Shown here piece by piece: positions 1-15,000 of a stretch of DNA of 64,000 nt. A program made the translations under genes and the position numbers. The first letter of the stretch is position 1, and each line of letters begins with the position of its first letter. This DNA is from Tubulanus polymorphus (Eukaryota > Animalia > Nemertea), in contig NC_134032.1 in assembly GCF_964204645.1 (NCBI RefSeq), positions 13,690,275 to 13,754,274 of the forward strand, written 5' to 3'. The notes beneath the pieces are model-generated. The model was not told the origin of the DNA and ran no database searches. It was given only the letters and a program-made list of their open reading frames with translations.

Positions 1-3000
1 CATTGATCAAAATAAATTGCGAGAATCACCCTCTTTCAAGGTACTGAACTGAAAATCTGAAAATTAATGGAAGATTCTTAATAAATACATTTTAAAATTC
101 AGAAACCGACGAGAAGGATTTTCCAATATCACACTTCTACTCACATTCTGCAGTACTAAAATACCAAGTTCACCACACATTGTCTCAGTAGGGGTCGATT
201 CTGTAGGAGGTTCTGTATTAATCTTACATGGTTCTGAAAATGGAATAAGAGAGTCACTTAGAATTTCTTGCAATTCAACTCACATTCTGCAACACATTGG
301 ATGTAATGCATACCAGACAGTCTCACTTGGGTAGATTCTGCAGCACTTGAAATCTATTTCACATGGCAATGAACTGCAAATATAATGAAAGATTCATCAC
401 AATGATATTCTCACATCTAGAAAACAAAAGTGGGTCCAAGATTACATTTTTTCTCCCATACCGTAGCACTCCGATGCTGGGTTCACCAATCTCCAACTGA
501 TGGTAGATTCTCTTGCATATCAAGTTGATCGTACAGCATCTCACCAGTAACAGATTCTGCAGCATTCAGAATCCAATTGTTGAATTTGTGAACGATTCTA
601 CACCAGGCGTTTCTAAATCAGTACAAAATTGTATAAAAGGTGAGTATTATCCAAAAGTGGAAGCCAAAAATGGGAATAATTGGTAAATGGCTGATATCAA
701 ACTTTGATAATATGTTTTACTCACTCAGAATCATTGTCAAATGAATGTCCGGTTTGTGACAAGATGTTGAGAGAAAAGATTTCAGCATCTAAAAACATAA
801 AATAGATTAAAAAAACTCCTTTCTAAAAAGATGATTGATAATTTTGGTGTGAATAAATACCACTTATGATTTCGTTTGTAATCAGCAATGGACTGTAAGT
901 GTCAGGGCTGCTGAAGCTGCTGCAAGCTAAATCAAAATGATGTTCTTCATGGACTTGTTCATCGCATAAAGGATCGATCTTTTACATGGTTTTGAACTTA
1001 AAATAAGATAAAACATTCTCTTTTCAAGTCATTTTGAAGCATAGAAACAAATAGGTTAGATTTCCAATTTGACACTTTTCTACTCACATTCTGCAGCGCT
1101 TGGACGTCAAGTTTACCAGACAGTGTTTCACTAGGGGTTGGATTCTGCAGCACTTGGAATTCATCTCTTATGGGAATGAACTGAAAATATAATGAAAGAT
1201 TCATCGTGAATACATTTTCACACCTAGAAAACAAAATGGAGTATTTCAATTTCCAATTTTACACATTTTTTCTCACATTCTGCAGCACTTTGATGCTGAG
1301 TTCACCAATCTCTAACTGATGGTAGATTCCAAAATACTTGTATATCAACGTTGATCAGACAGCGTCTCACCAGTAACAGATTCTGCAGCACCCTGAATCC
1401 AATTGTGGAATTTGTGAATGATTCTACACCCGACATTTCTAAATCAGTACAAAATTATATAAAAAGTGAGTATTATCCAAAAGTGAAAGCCAAAAATGGG
1501 AATAATTGGTAAATGGCTGATATCAAACTTTGATAATATGTTTTACTCACTCAGAATCAATGTCAAATAAATGTTCTGTTTGTGACAAAATGTTGAGAGA
1601 AGAGACTCAGCATCTAAAAACATAAAATAGATGAAAAACTCATTTCTAAAGATGATTGATCATTTTGGTCTGAGTACATACCACTTATAATTTCGATTGT
1701 AATCAATTATATGAACTGTAAGTGCTTCTGCTGCTGCTGCTCAGGCCATATCAAAATGATGTTCTGTATGGACTTACTTGTTCATTACTTATAGAATCAG
1801 CCTTTTACATGGTATTGAACTGAAAATAGAATAAAACATTCCCAATTAATTCATTTTCAAACATAGAATCCAATAGGGAGGATTTCCAATTTAGCACAAT
1901 TTCTACTCACACTCTGCAGCACTTGGATATCAAGGTTACCAGAAAGTGTTTCACTAGGGGTAAATTCTGTAGCACTTGGAATTCAACTCTCATAGGAATG
2001 AACTGTAAATATAATGAAAGATTAATTTTTCACACCTTGTAAACCAAATGGTGGATTCTAAATTTCCAATTAAGAATTTCTTCTCACATTCTGTAGTACT
2101 TGGATGCTAAGTTCACTAGACAAAGTCTCCCTGACGGTTGTTTCTACAATACTTTGATATGAAAGTTGCTAAGACAGTTTCTCACCAGTGACAGATCCTG
2201 CAGCACTCTGAATCCAATTGTGGAATTTGTAAATGATTCCACACCAGGCACTTCTAAATAAGTACAAAATTAAATAGAAGGTGAGTATTAGCTAAACGTG
2301 GCAGCCAAATGCGGGCATAATTCATAATGGGTATCAATTTCATATATGATTTACTTGGATTCAATGTCACATGAATGTTCTGTTTGTGAATAGATGATGA
2401 TATCGCACCTCATCTGAAAGAAACAAATGGATGAAAAATACACTTCAAAAGATGATTAATCATTTCATTAAAATGAAATTGAATTTCTGTCTGAATACAA
2501 ACCACTTATATTTCTATCACAATCAACAATGGACTGTAAGTGTCAAGGGCTGCTGCTGTTAAGATCCCATTGATCAAAATAAAAATTTCTGTTGACTTGT
2601 GACAATCAACCTCTTTCATGGTACTGAACTGAAAATCTGAAAGTAAAAGAAAAGATTCTCAATAAATACATTTTCAAATTTAGAAACTGATAGGTACGGG
2701 TTTTCAATAATTACACTTCTACTCACATACTGCAGTACTAAAATACCAAGTTCACCACACATTGTCTCAGTAGGGGTCGATTCTGTAGGAGATTCTGTAT
2801 CCATCTTACTAACATGGTACTGAACATAGAATAAGAGAGTCTTCACGAATTCAATTTCAAACATAGAAACCAATGGGGTGGATTTCAAATTCTTTGCATT
2901 TCTACTCACATTCTGCAGCACTTGGATACAATGCATACCGGACAGAGTCGTACTTGGAGGTTGATTCTGCAGCACTTGGAATCCATTTCATACGGCAATG

Positions 3001-6000
3001 AACTGAAAATAAAATGAAAGATTGATTTTTGAATATATTTTCAAACTTAGAAAACAAAAGGGGAATTCATATTTCCTAATTACACTTTTCTCCTCACATT
3101 CTGTGGCACTTGCATGCTGAGTTCATCAGACAGTCTCACTGAGGGTCGAGTCTACAATAGTTGCATATCAAGTTGATCAGACAGCGTCTCACCAGTGACA
3201 GTTTCTGCAGCAATTTGAATCCAATTGTGGAATTTGTGAACGATTCTACACCAGGCGTTTCTAAATCAGTACAAAATTATATAAAAAGTGAGTATTATCC
3301 AAAAGTGAAAGCCAAAAATGGGAATAATTGGTAAATGGCTGATATCAAACTTTGATAATATGTTTTACTCACTCAGAATCAATGTCAAATAAATGTTCTG
3401 TTTGTGACAAAATGTTGAGAGAAGAGACTCAGCATCTAAAAACATAAAATAGATGAAAAACTCATTTCTAAAGATGATTGATCATTTTGGTCTGAGTACA
3501 TACCACTTATAATTTCGATTGTTATCAATTATATGAACTGTAAGTGCTGCTGCTGCTGCTCCTCAGGCCATATCAAAATGATGTTCTGTATAGACTAACT
3601 TGTTCATTACTTAGAGAATCAGCCTTTTACATGGTATTGAACTGAAAATAGAATAAAACATTCCCAATTAATTCATTTTCAAACATAGAATCCAATAGGG
3701 AGGATTTCCAATTCAGCACAATTTCTACTCACACTCTGCAGCACTTGGATATCAAGGTTACCAGAAAGTGTTTCACTAGGGGTAAATTCTGTAGCACTTG
3801 GAATTCAACTCACATAGGAATGAACTGTAAATATAATGAAAGATTAATTTTTCACACCTTGTAAACCAAATGGTGGATTCTAAATTTCCATTTAAGAATT
3901 TCTTCTCACATTCTGTAGTACTTAGATGCTGAGTTCACCAGTCAAAGTCTCACCGACGGTTGTTTCTACAATACTTTGTTATGAAAGTTGCTAAGACAGC
4001 TTCTCACCAGTGACAGATTCTGCAGCACTTCGAATCCAGTTGTGGAATTTGTAAATGATTCCACACCAGGCATTTCTAAATCAGTACAAAATTATATAGA
4101 AGATGAGTATTAGCTTAAAAGTGGATGAAAATGGGTGAAAAATACACTTCAAAGGATATTTAATAATTTCTTTAAAATGAAAGTGAATTTCGGTCTGAAT
4201 ACAAACCAGTTATGTTTCTATCACAATCAACAATGGATTGTAAGTGTCGAGGGCTGCTGCTGTTGAGGTTCCAAAATAATGTTCATTATGGAGTTGTTCA
4301 TTACTTAGAGGATCAACCTTTTACATCAAGTTGAACTGAAAATAAAATAAATCATATTTCATTAATTCATTTTCAAACATAGAAACCAATAGGAAGATAT
4401 TCAAATTTCACTCTTTTCTACTCACATTCTGCAGCACTTGGATGTTAAGTTTACCAGAAAGTGTTTCACTAGGGGTAAATTCTGCAGCACTTGAAATCCA
4501 TCTCTTATCGGAATGAACTGAAAATATAATGAAAGATTCATCACAAATATATTTTCACACCTAGAAAACAAATGTGGTCCAAGATTACACATTTCTTCTC
4601 ACATTCCGAAGCACTTCAATGCTGAGTTCATCAGTCTCTCACTGAGAGTTAATTCCACAACACTTGCATATCAAGTTGATCAGACAGCGTCTCACCAGTG
4701 ACAGATTCTGCAGCATCCCGAATCCAAATGTGGAATTGTGAATGATTCCACACCAGGCATTTCTAAATCAGTACTAAATTATATAGAAGGTGAGTATTAG
4801 CTAAAAGTGGCGGCCAAAAGCGGGCATAATTAATGATGGATATCAAACTTATATGATTTACTTGGAATCAATGTCACATGAATGATCTGTTTGTGAATAG
4901 ATGATGATATTGCACCTCATCTGAAAGAAACAAATAAATGAAAATTACACTTCAACACATGATTAATGATTTCTTTAAAAGAAAATTGATTTCGGTCTGA
5001 ATACAAACCACATTTCTATCGTAATCAACAATGGACAGTAAGAGTCGGGGGCTGCTGCTGCTGCTGCTCAGGCCAGGTCAAAATGACGTTCTTTATGGAC
5101 TTGTTCATTACGAAGAGAGGATCAACCTTTTACATGATGTTGAACTGAAAATAAAACGAATCATTTTTCATTAATTTTCAAGCATAGAAACCAATAGGAA
5201 GATATTCCAGTTTCACACTTTTCTACTCACATTCTACAGCACTTGGATATCAAGTTTACCAGAAAGTGTTTCCCTAGGGGAAAATTCTGTAGCACTTGGA
5301 ATCCATCTCTTATCGGAATGAACTGTAAATATAATGAGATTCATTTTTCACACCTTGTAAACTAAAGGGTGGATTCTGAATTTCCATTTAAAAATTTCTT
5401 CTCACATTCTGTAGTACTTGGATGCTGAGTTCACCAGACAAAGTCTCCCTGACGGTTGTTTCTACAATACTTTGATATGAAAGTTGCTAAGACAGCTTCT
5501 CACCAGTGACAGATTCTGCAGCACTCTGAATCCAATTGTGGAATTTGTAAATGATTCCACACCAGGCATTTCTAAATAAGTACAAAATTATATAGAAGAT
5601 GAGTATTAAATGTGGTGGCCAAAAGCGGGCATAATTGATAATGGGTATCAAATTCATATATGATTTACTTGGAATCAATATCACATGAATGATTTGTTTG
5701 CGAATAGATGATGATATTGCACCTCATCTGAAAGAAACAAATAGATGAAAAATACACACTTCAATCAGATGATTAATAATTTCTTTAAAATGGAATTGAA
5801 TTTCGGTCTGAACACAAACCAGTTATATTTCTATCACAATCAACGATGCACTGTAAGTGTCGAGGGCTGCTGCTGTTGAGGTCCCATTGATCAAAATAAA
5901 AATTTCTGTTGACTTGAGAGAATCAACCTCTTCCATGGTACTGAACATCTGAAAGTAAAAGAAAAGATTCTCAATAAATACATTTTCAAATTTAGAAACT

Positions 6001-9000
6001 GATAGGTACGGGTTTTCAATAATTACACTTCTACTCACATACTGCAGCACTAAAATACCAAGTTCACCACATATTGTCTCAGTAGGGGTCGATTCTGTAG
6101 GTGATTCTGTATCCATCTTACTAACATGGTACTGAACATAGAATAAGAGAGTCTTTACGAATTTATTTTCAAACAAAGAAACCAATAGGATGGATTTCGA
6201 ATTTATTGCAATTCTACTCACATTCTGCAGTACATGGATGCAATGCATACCAGAAATAGTCTTGGGGGTTGATTCCGCAGCACTTGGAATCCATTTCACA
6301 CGGCATTGACAACTGAAAATAAAATCAAAGATTCATTTTGCATTTATTCTCAAACTTAGAAAACAAAAGGGAGAATTTTCAAATTACACGTTTCTCCTCA
6401 CATTCTGTGGCATTTTGTCACATGAATAATCTGTTTGTGAATAGATGATGATATCGCACCTCATCTGAAAGAAACAAATAAATGAAAAATACACACTTCA
6501 ATCAGATGATTAATAATTTCTGTTAAAACAAAATTGATTTCGGTCTGAATACAAACCACATTTCTATGGTAATCAACAATGGACAGTAAGAGTCGGGGGC
6601 TGCTGCTGCTGCTCAGGCCAGGTCAAAATGACGTTCTTTATGGACTTGTTCATTACGAAGAGAGGATCAACCTTTTACATGATGTTGAACTGAAAATAAA
6701 ACGAATCATTTTTCATTAATTTTCAAGCATAGAAACCAATAGGAAGATATTCCAGTTTCACACTTTTCTACTCACATTCTACAGCACTTGGATATCAAGT
6801 TTAATAAATACATTTTAAATTCAGAAACTGACGAGAAGGATTTTCCAATATTACACTTCTACTCACATTCTGCAGTACTAAAATACCAAGTTCACCAAAT
6901 ATTGTCTCAGCAGGGGTCGATTCTGTAGGAGATTCTGTACTAATCTTACATGGTACTGAAAATGGAATAAGAGTCACTTAGAATTTCTTGCAATTCAACT
7001 CACATTCTGCAACACTTGGATGTAATGCATACCAGACAGTCTCACTTGGGTAGATTCTGCAGCACTTGGAATCTATTTCAAATGGCAATGAACTGAAAAT
7101 ATAATGAAAGATTCATCACAAATATATTTTCACACCTATAAAACAAAAGTGGGTCCAAGATTACACATTTTTTCTCACATACTGTAACACTCCGATGCTG
7201 AGTTCACCAATCTCTAACTGATGGTAGATTCCAAACACTTGCATATCAACGTTGATCAGACAGCGTCTCACCAGTAACAGATTCTGCAGCACCCTGAATC
7301 CAATTGTGGAATTTGTGAACCATTCTACACCAGACATTTCTAAATCAGTACAAAATTATATAGAAGGTGAGTATTAGCTAAAAGTGGCGGCCAAAAGCGG
7401 GCATAATTAATGATGGATATCAAACTTATATGATTTACTTGGAATCAATGTCACATAAATGATCTGTTTGTGAATAGATGATGATATTGCACCTCATCTG
7501 AAAGAACACAAATAAATGAAAAATACACTTCAACACATGATTAATGATTTCTTTAAAAGAAAATTGATTTCGGTCTGAATACAAACCACATTTCTATCGT
7601 AATCAACAATGGACAGTAAGAGTCGGGGGCTGCTGCTGCTGCTGCTCAGGCCAGGAAGATATTCCAGTTTCACATTTTTCTACTCACATTCTACAGCACT
7701 TGGATATCAAGTTTACCAGAAAGTGTTTCCCTAGGGGTAAATTCTGTAGCACTTGGAATTCATCTCTCATAGGAATGAACTGTAAATATAATGAAAGACT
7801 CATTTTTCACACCTTGTTAACTAAATGGTGGATTCTGAATTTCCATTTAAAAATTCCTTCTCACATTCTGTAGTGCTTAGATGCTGAGTTCACCAGTCAA
7901 AGTCTCCCCGACGATTGATTCTACAATACTTTGATATGAAAGTTGCTAAGACAGCTTCTCACCAGTGACAGATTCTGCAGCACTCTGAATCCAATTGTGG
8001 AATTGTGAATGATTCCACACCAGGCATTTCTAAATGAGTACAAAATCATATAGAAGATGAGTATTAGCTAAAAGTGGCGGCCAAAAGAGGACATAATTGT
8101 TAATGGATATCAAATTCATATATGATTTACTTGCAATCAATGTCACATGAATGATTTGTTTGTGAATAGATGATGATATTGCACCTCATCTGAAAGAAAC
8201 AAATAGATGAAAAATACACACTTCAAAAGATGATTAATAATTTCTTAAAGATGGAATTGAATTTCGGTCTGAACACAAACCAGTTATATTTCTATCACAA
8301 TCAACAATGGACTGTAAGTGTCGAGGGCTGCTGCTGTTAAGGTCCCATTGATCAAAATAAAGCTTTCATGCTTTCATGGTACTGAACTGAAAATATGAAA
8401 ATAAAAGGAAAGATTCCTAATAAATACATTTTCAAATTAAGAAACCGATAAGTAGGGCTTTTTCCAATAATAACACTTCCACTCACATACTGCAGTACTG
8501 AAATACCAAGTTCACCACAGATTGTCTCAGTAGGGGTCCATTCTGTAGGACATTCTATTTACATCTTGGTACTGAACATAGAATAAGAGTCTGCATGCAT
8601 TTCATTTTCAAACATAGAAACAAATAGGATGGATTTCGAATTCTTTGCAATTCTACTCACATTCTACAGCACTGGGGATAGATTTTGTAGCACTTGAAAT
8701 CCATCTTTCACAGGAATGGACTGTAAATATAATGAAAGATTCATTTTCACACCTTGTAAACAAAAGGGTGGATTCTAAATTTGCAATTTAACATTTCTTC
8801 TCACATTCTGTAGCACTTGGATGCTGAGTTCACCAGACAAAGTCTCCCTGACAATTGATTCTACGATACTTAGACATAAAAGTTGATCAGACAGCCTCTC
8901 ACCAGTGACAGATTCTGCACACTCTGAATCCAATTGTTGAATTTGTGAATGATTCTACACCAGGTTTTTCTAGATAAGTACAAAATTATATAGAAGGCGA

Positions 9001-12000
9001 GTATTAGCTAAATGGGGCAGCCAAAAACGGGCATAATTGATTATGAATATCAAATTCATATATGATTTACTTGCAATCAATGTGGCATGAATGGTCTGTT
9101 TGTGAATAGATGGTGATATTGCACCTCATCTGAAAGAAACAAATAGATGAAAAATACACACTTCAATCAGATGATTAATAATTTCTTTAAAATGAAATTG
9201 AATTTTGGTCTGAACACAAACCAGTTATATTTCTATCATAATCAACAATGGGCTGTAAGTGTCAAGGGCTGCTGCTGTTGAGGTCCCATTGATCAAAATA
9301 AAAATCTCTGTTGACTTGAAAGAATCAGCATCTTTCATGGAATTGAACTGAAAATCTGGAAATAAAAGATAAATACATTTTCAAATTTAGAAACAGATAG
9401 GGAGGATGGATTTTCCAATAATTACACTTTTACTCACATCTATACTGCAGTACTAAAATACCAAGTTCATCGCACATTGTCTCAGTAGGGGTCGATTCCG
9501 TACTTGAAATCTAAACATGGCAATGAACTGAAAATAAAATGAAAGATTCATTTTGAATATATTTTCAAACTTAGAAAATAAAAGGAAGAGTTTTTAATTT
9601 CTAATTTTACACATTTCTCCTCACATTCTGTGGCACTTCCATGCTGAGTTCCTCAGACAGTCTCACTGAGGGTCGAGTCTACAATAGTTGCATATTGTTG
9701 ATCAGTCAGCGAGTTGCAAGTTGATCAGCTTCTCACCAGTGACAGATTCTGCAGCACTCTTGAATCCAATTGTGGAATTTGTGAACGATTCTACGTTACA
9801 CCAGGCATTTCTAAATCAGAACAAAATTGTATAGAAGGCGAGTATTTGCCAAAGAGGAAGCCAAAAATGGGAATAATTGATAATGGCTGATATCAAAATA
9901 TGCTTTACTTTATCGGAATCAATGTTGAAGGAATGATCTGTTTGTGAAGAGATGTTGAGAGAAGATATTTCAGCATCTAAAAACACAAAAGAGATGGAAA
10001 ACTCATTTCTAAAAATAATTGATGACTGCTTTAAAAGAAAATTGAATTTTGGTCTGAATATACATACCGCTTATATTTTGATTGTAATCAATGATGAACT
10101 GTAAGTGTCAGGGTCTGCTGCTGCGCGGACTAGATCAAAATTGATGTTCTTCATGGACTTGTTCATTTCTTAGAGGATCAACCCTTAACATGGTGTTGAA
10201 CTGAAAATAAAATAAATCATTTTTCATTAATTCATTTTCAAACATAGAAACCAATAGGGAGATATTCCAGTTTCACACTTTTCTACTCACATTCTGCAGC
10301 ACTTGGATATCAAGTTCACCAGAAAGTAGGGGAAAATTCTGTAGCACTTGGAATACATCTCTAATAGGAATGAACTGTAAATACAATGAAAGATTCATTT
10401 TTCACACCTTGTAAACGAAATGGTGGATTCTAAATTTCCAATTAAACATTTCTTCTCACATACTGCAGCACTCCGACGCTGAGCTCACCAGTTTCACTGA
10501 AGGTTGATTCTACAATACTTTGATATCAAAGTTGATCAGACAGCGTCTCACCAGTGACAGATTCTGCAGCACACTGAATCCAATTGTGGAATTTGCGAAC
10601 GATTCTACACCAGGCATTTCTAAATCAGTACAAAAATATATAGAAGGTGAGTATTAGCTAAAAGTGGTGGCCAAAAGCGGGCATAATTGATAATGGATAT
10701 CAAACTTATATATGATTTACTTGGATTCAATGTCACATGAATGTTCTGTTTGTGAATAGATGATGATATTGCACCTCATCTGAAAGAACACAAATAGATG
10801 GAAAATACACTTCAAAAGATGATTAATAATTTCTTCAAAATGAAATTGAATTTCGGTCTGAATACAAACCACTTATATTTTCATCATAATCAACAATGGA
10901 CTGTAAGTGTCAAGGGCTGCCAGTGTTCAGGTCCCATGGATTGAAATAAAAATCTCTGTTGACTTGAGAGAATTAACCTCTTTCATGGTACTGAACTGAA
11001 AATCTGAAAATAAAAGAAAAGATTCTCAATAAATACATTTTCAAATTCAGAAACCGATAGGGAGGATTTTCCAATATTACAATACTACTCACATTCTGCA
11101 GTACTAAAATACCAAGTTCACCACACATTGTCTCAGTAGGGGTCCATTCTGTAGGAGATTCTGTATCCATCTTGGTACTGAAAATGGAATAAGAGAGTCT
11201 TCATGAATTTATTTTCAAACATAGAAACAAATAGGATGGATTTCGAATTTATTGCATTTCTACTCACATTCTGCAGCACTTGGGATGCAATGCATACCAG
11301 AAATAGTCTTGGGGGTTGATTCCGCAGCACTTGGAATCCATTTCACACGGCAATGAAAACTGAAAATAAAATGAAAGATTCATTTTGAATATATTTTCAA
11401 ACTTAGAAAACATAAGGGGAGTTTATGATTTCCTAATTACACGTTTCTCCTCACATTCTGTATCACTACAATGCTGAGGTCACCAGTCTACAATAGTCGC
11501 ATGTCAAGTTGATCAGACAGCATCTCACCAGTGACAGATTCTGCAGCACTCTGATTCCAATTGTTGAATTTGTGAACGATACCACATCAGGCGTTTCTAA
11601 AGTACAAAATTATATATGGAAGATGAGTATTAGCTAAAAGTGGAAAAATTGGAATAATTGCTAATGGCTGATATCAAACTTTGAATGTGTTTTACTCACT
11701 AGGACTCAACGTCAAATGAATGTCTGTTTGTGACGAGATATTGAGAGAAAAGATTTCAGCATCTAAATACATAAAATAGATTTAAAAAACTCCTTTCTAA
11801 AAAGATGATTGATAATTTTGGTGTGAATACATACCACTTATAATTTCGATTGTAATCAACAATGGACTGTAAGTGTCAGGGCTGCTGAAGCTGCTGCAAG
11901 CTAAATCAAAATGATGTTCTTCATGGACTTGTTCATCGCATAAAGGATCGATCTTTTACATGGTTTTGAACTGAAAATAAGATAAAACATACTCTTTTCA

Positions 12001-15000
12001 AGTCATTTTGAAGCATAGAAACAAATAGGTTAGATTTCCAATTTGACACTTTTCTACTCACATTCTGAAGCGCTTGGACGTCAAGTTTACCAGACAGTGT
12101 TTCACAAGGGGTTGGATTCTGCAGCACTTGGAATTCATCTCTTATGGGAATGAACTGAAAATACAATGAAAGATTCATCGTGAATACATTTTCACACCTA
12201 GGAAACAAAATGGAGTATTTCAATTTCCAATTTTACACATTTTTTCTCACATTCTGCAGCACTTTGATGCTGAGCTCACCAATCTCTAACTGATGGTAGA
12301 TTCCAAAATACTTGCATATCAACATTGATCAGACAGCGTTTCACCAGTTACAGATGCAGCACCCTGAACCCAATCGTGGAATTTGTGAATGATACCACAT
12401 CAGGTTTTTCTAGATGGGAACAAAATTATATAGAAGGTGAGTATGAATCAACAATGCCAGCCAAAAATGAGCATGATTAATAATGGATATCAAAGTCATA
12501 TATGATTTACTTGGAATCAATATCGCATGAATGGTCTGTTTGCAAATAGATGATGATATTGCACCTCATCTGAAAGAAACAAATAGATGAAAAATACTCT
12601 TCAAAAGATAATTAATAATTTCTATAAACTGAATTTGAATTTCGGTCGGAATACAAACCAGTTAAATTTCTATCATAATCAACAATGGACTGTAAGTGTC
12701 AAGGGCTGCTGCTGTTAAGGTCCCTTTGATCAAAATAAAACTCTTGTCGACTCGCGACAATCAAACTCATTCATGGTACTGAACTGAAAATATGAAAATA
12801 AAAGGAAAGATTCCTAATAAAAACATTTTCAAATTAAGAAGCCGATAGGTAGGGCTTTTTCCAATAATAACACTTCCACTCACATACTGCAGTACTGAAA
12901 TACCAAGTTCACCACAGATTGTCTCAGTAGGGGTCCATTCTGTAGGAGATTCTATTTACATCTTGGTACTGAACATAGAATAAGAGTCTTCATGCATTTC
13001 ATTTTCAAACATAGAAACAAATAGGATGGATTTCGAATTCTTTGCAATTCTACTCACATTCTACAGCACTGGGGATAGATTTTGTAGCACTTGAAATCCA
13101 TCTTTCATAGGAATGAACTGTAAATATAATGAAAGATTCATTTTTCACACCTTGTAAACAAAAGGGTGGAATTTGCAATTTAAAAATTTCTTCTCACATT
13201 CTGTAGTACTTAGATGCTGAGTTCACCAGACAAAGTCTTCCTGACAATTGATTCTATGATGCTTAGATATGAAAGTTGATCAGACAGCGTCTCACCAGTG
13301 ACAGATTCTGCACACTCTGAATCCAATTGTTGAATTTGTGAATGATTCTACACCAGGTGTTTCTAGATAAGTACAAAATTATATAGAAGGCGAGTATTAG
13401 CTAAATGGGGCAGCCAAAAACGGGCATAATTAATAATGGATATCAAATTCATATATGATTTACTTGCAATCAATGTCGCATGAATGATCTGTTTGTGAAT
13501 AGATGATGATATTGCACCTCATCTGAAAGAAACAAATAGATGAAAAATACACACTTCAATCAGATGATTAATAATTTCTTTAAAATGAAATTGAATTTTG
13601 GTCTGAACACAAACCAGTTATATTTCTATCATAATCAACAATGGACTGTAAGTGTCAAGGGCTGCTGCTGTTGAGGTCCCATTGATCAAAATAAAAATCT
13701 CTGTTGACTTGAGAGAATCAGCATCTTTCATGGAATTGAACTGAAAATCTGGAAATAAAAGATAAATACATTTTCAAATTTAGAAACAGATAGGGAGGAT
13801 GGATTTTCCAATAATTACACTTCTACTCACATACTGCAGTACTAAAATACCAAGTTCATCACACATTGTCTCAGTAGGGGTCGATTCTGTACTTGAAATC
13901 TAAACATGGCAATGAACTGAAAATAAAATGAAAGATTCATTTTGAATATATTTTCAAACTTAGAAAAGAAAAGGGAGAGTTTTTAATTTCTAATTTTACA
14001 CATTTCTCCTCACATTCTGTGGCACTTCCATGCTGAGTTCCTCAGACAGTCTCACCGAGGGTCGAGTCTACAGTAGTTGCATATTGTTGATCAGTCAGCG
14101 AGTTGCAAGTTGATCAGCTTCTCACCAGTGACAGATTCTGCAGCACTCTTGAATCCAATTGTGGAATTTGTGAACGATTCTACGTTACACCAGGCATTTC
14201 TAAATCAGAACAAAATTGTATAAAAGGCGAGTATTTGCCAAAGAGGAAGCCAAAAATGGGAATAATTGATAATGGATGATATCAAAATATGCTTTACTTT
14301 ATCGGAATCAATAATGAAGGAATGTTCTGTTTGTGAAGAGATGTTGAGAGAAGATATTTTAGCATCTGAAAACATGTAATAGATGGAAAACTTATATCTA
14401 AAGATAATTGATGACTGCTTTAGAATAAAATTGAATTTTGGTCTGAATATACATACCACTTATATTTTGATTGTAATCAACGATGGACTGTAAGTGTCGG
14501 GGGCTGCTGCTGCTGCGGCTGCTCGGACTAGATCAAAATTGATGTTTTTCATGGACTTGTTCATTACCGGTTCTTAGAGGATCAACCTTTAACATGGTGT
14601 TGAACTGAAAATAAAATAAACCATTTTTCATTAATTCATTTTCAAACATAGGAACCAATAGGAAGATATTCCAGTTTCACACTTTTCTACTCACATTCTG
14701 CAGCACTTGGACGTCTGTAGCACTCTGATTCCAATTGTGGTATTTGTGAACAATTCTACACCAATAAGTACAAAATTAAATAGAAGGTGAGTATTAGCTA
14801 AATGTGGCGGCCAAAAGCGGGCATAATTTATAATGGATATCAAACTTATTTATGATTTACTTGGAATCAATGTTGTATGAATGTTCTGTTTGTGAATAGA
14901 TGCTTATATTGCACCTCATCTGAAAGAACACAAATAGATGAAAATTACTTTTCAAAAGTTGAGTTATAATTTCTTTAAAATGAAATTGAATTTTGGTCTG

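Noticed and set aside
4898-4925. Box C/D snoRNA (ATGATGA...CTGA) repeated in the macrosatellite
   Set aside because: Only ~13 nt separate the boxes, and the motif is on the opposite strand to the spliced transcript, overlapping exon D and its acceptor.
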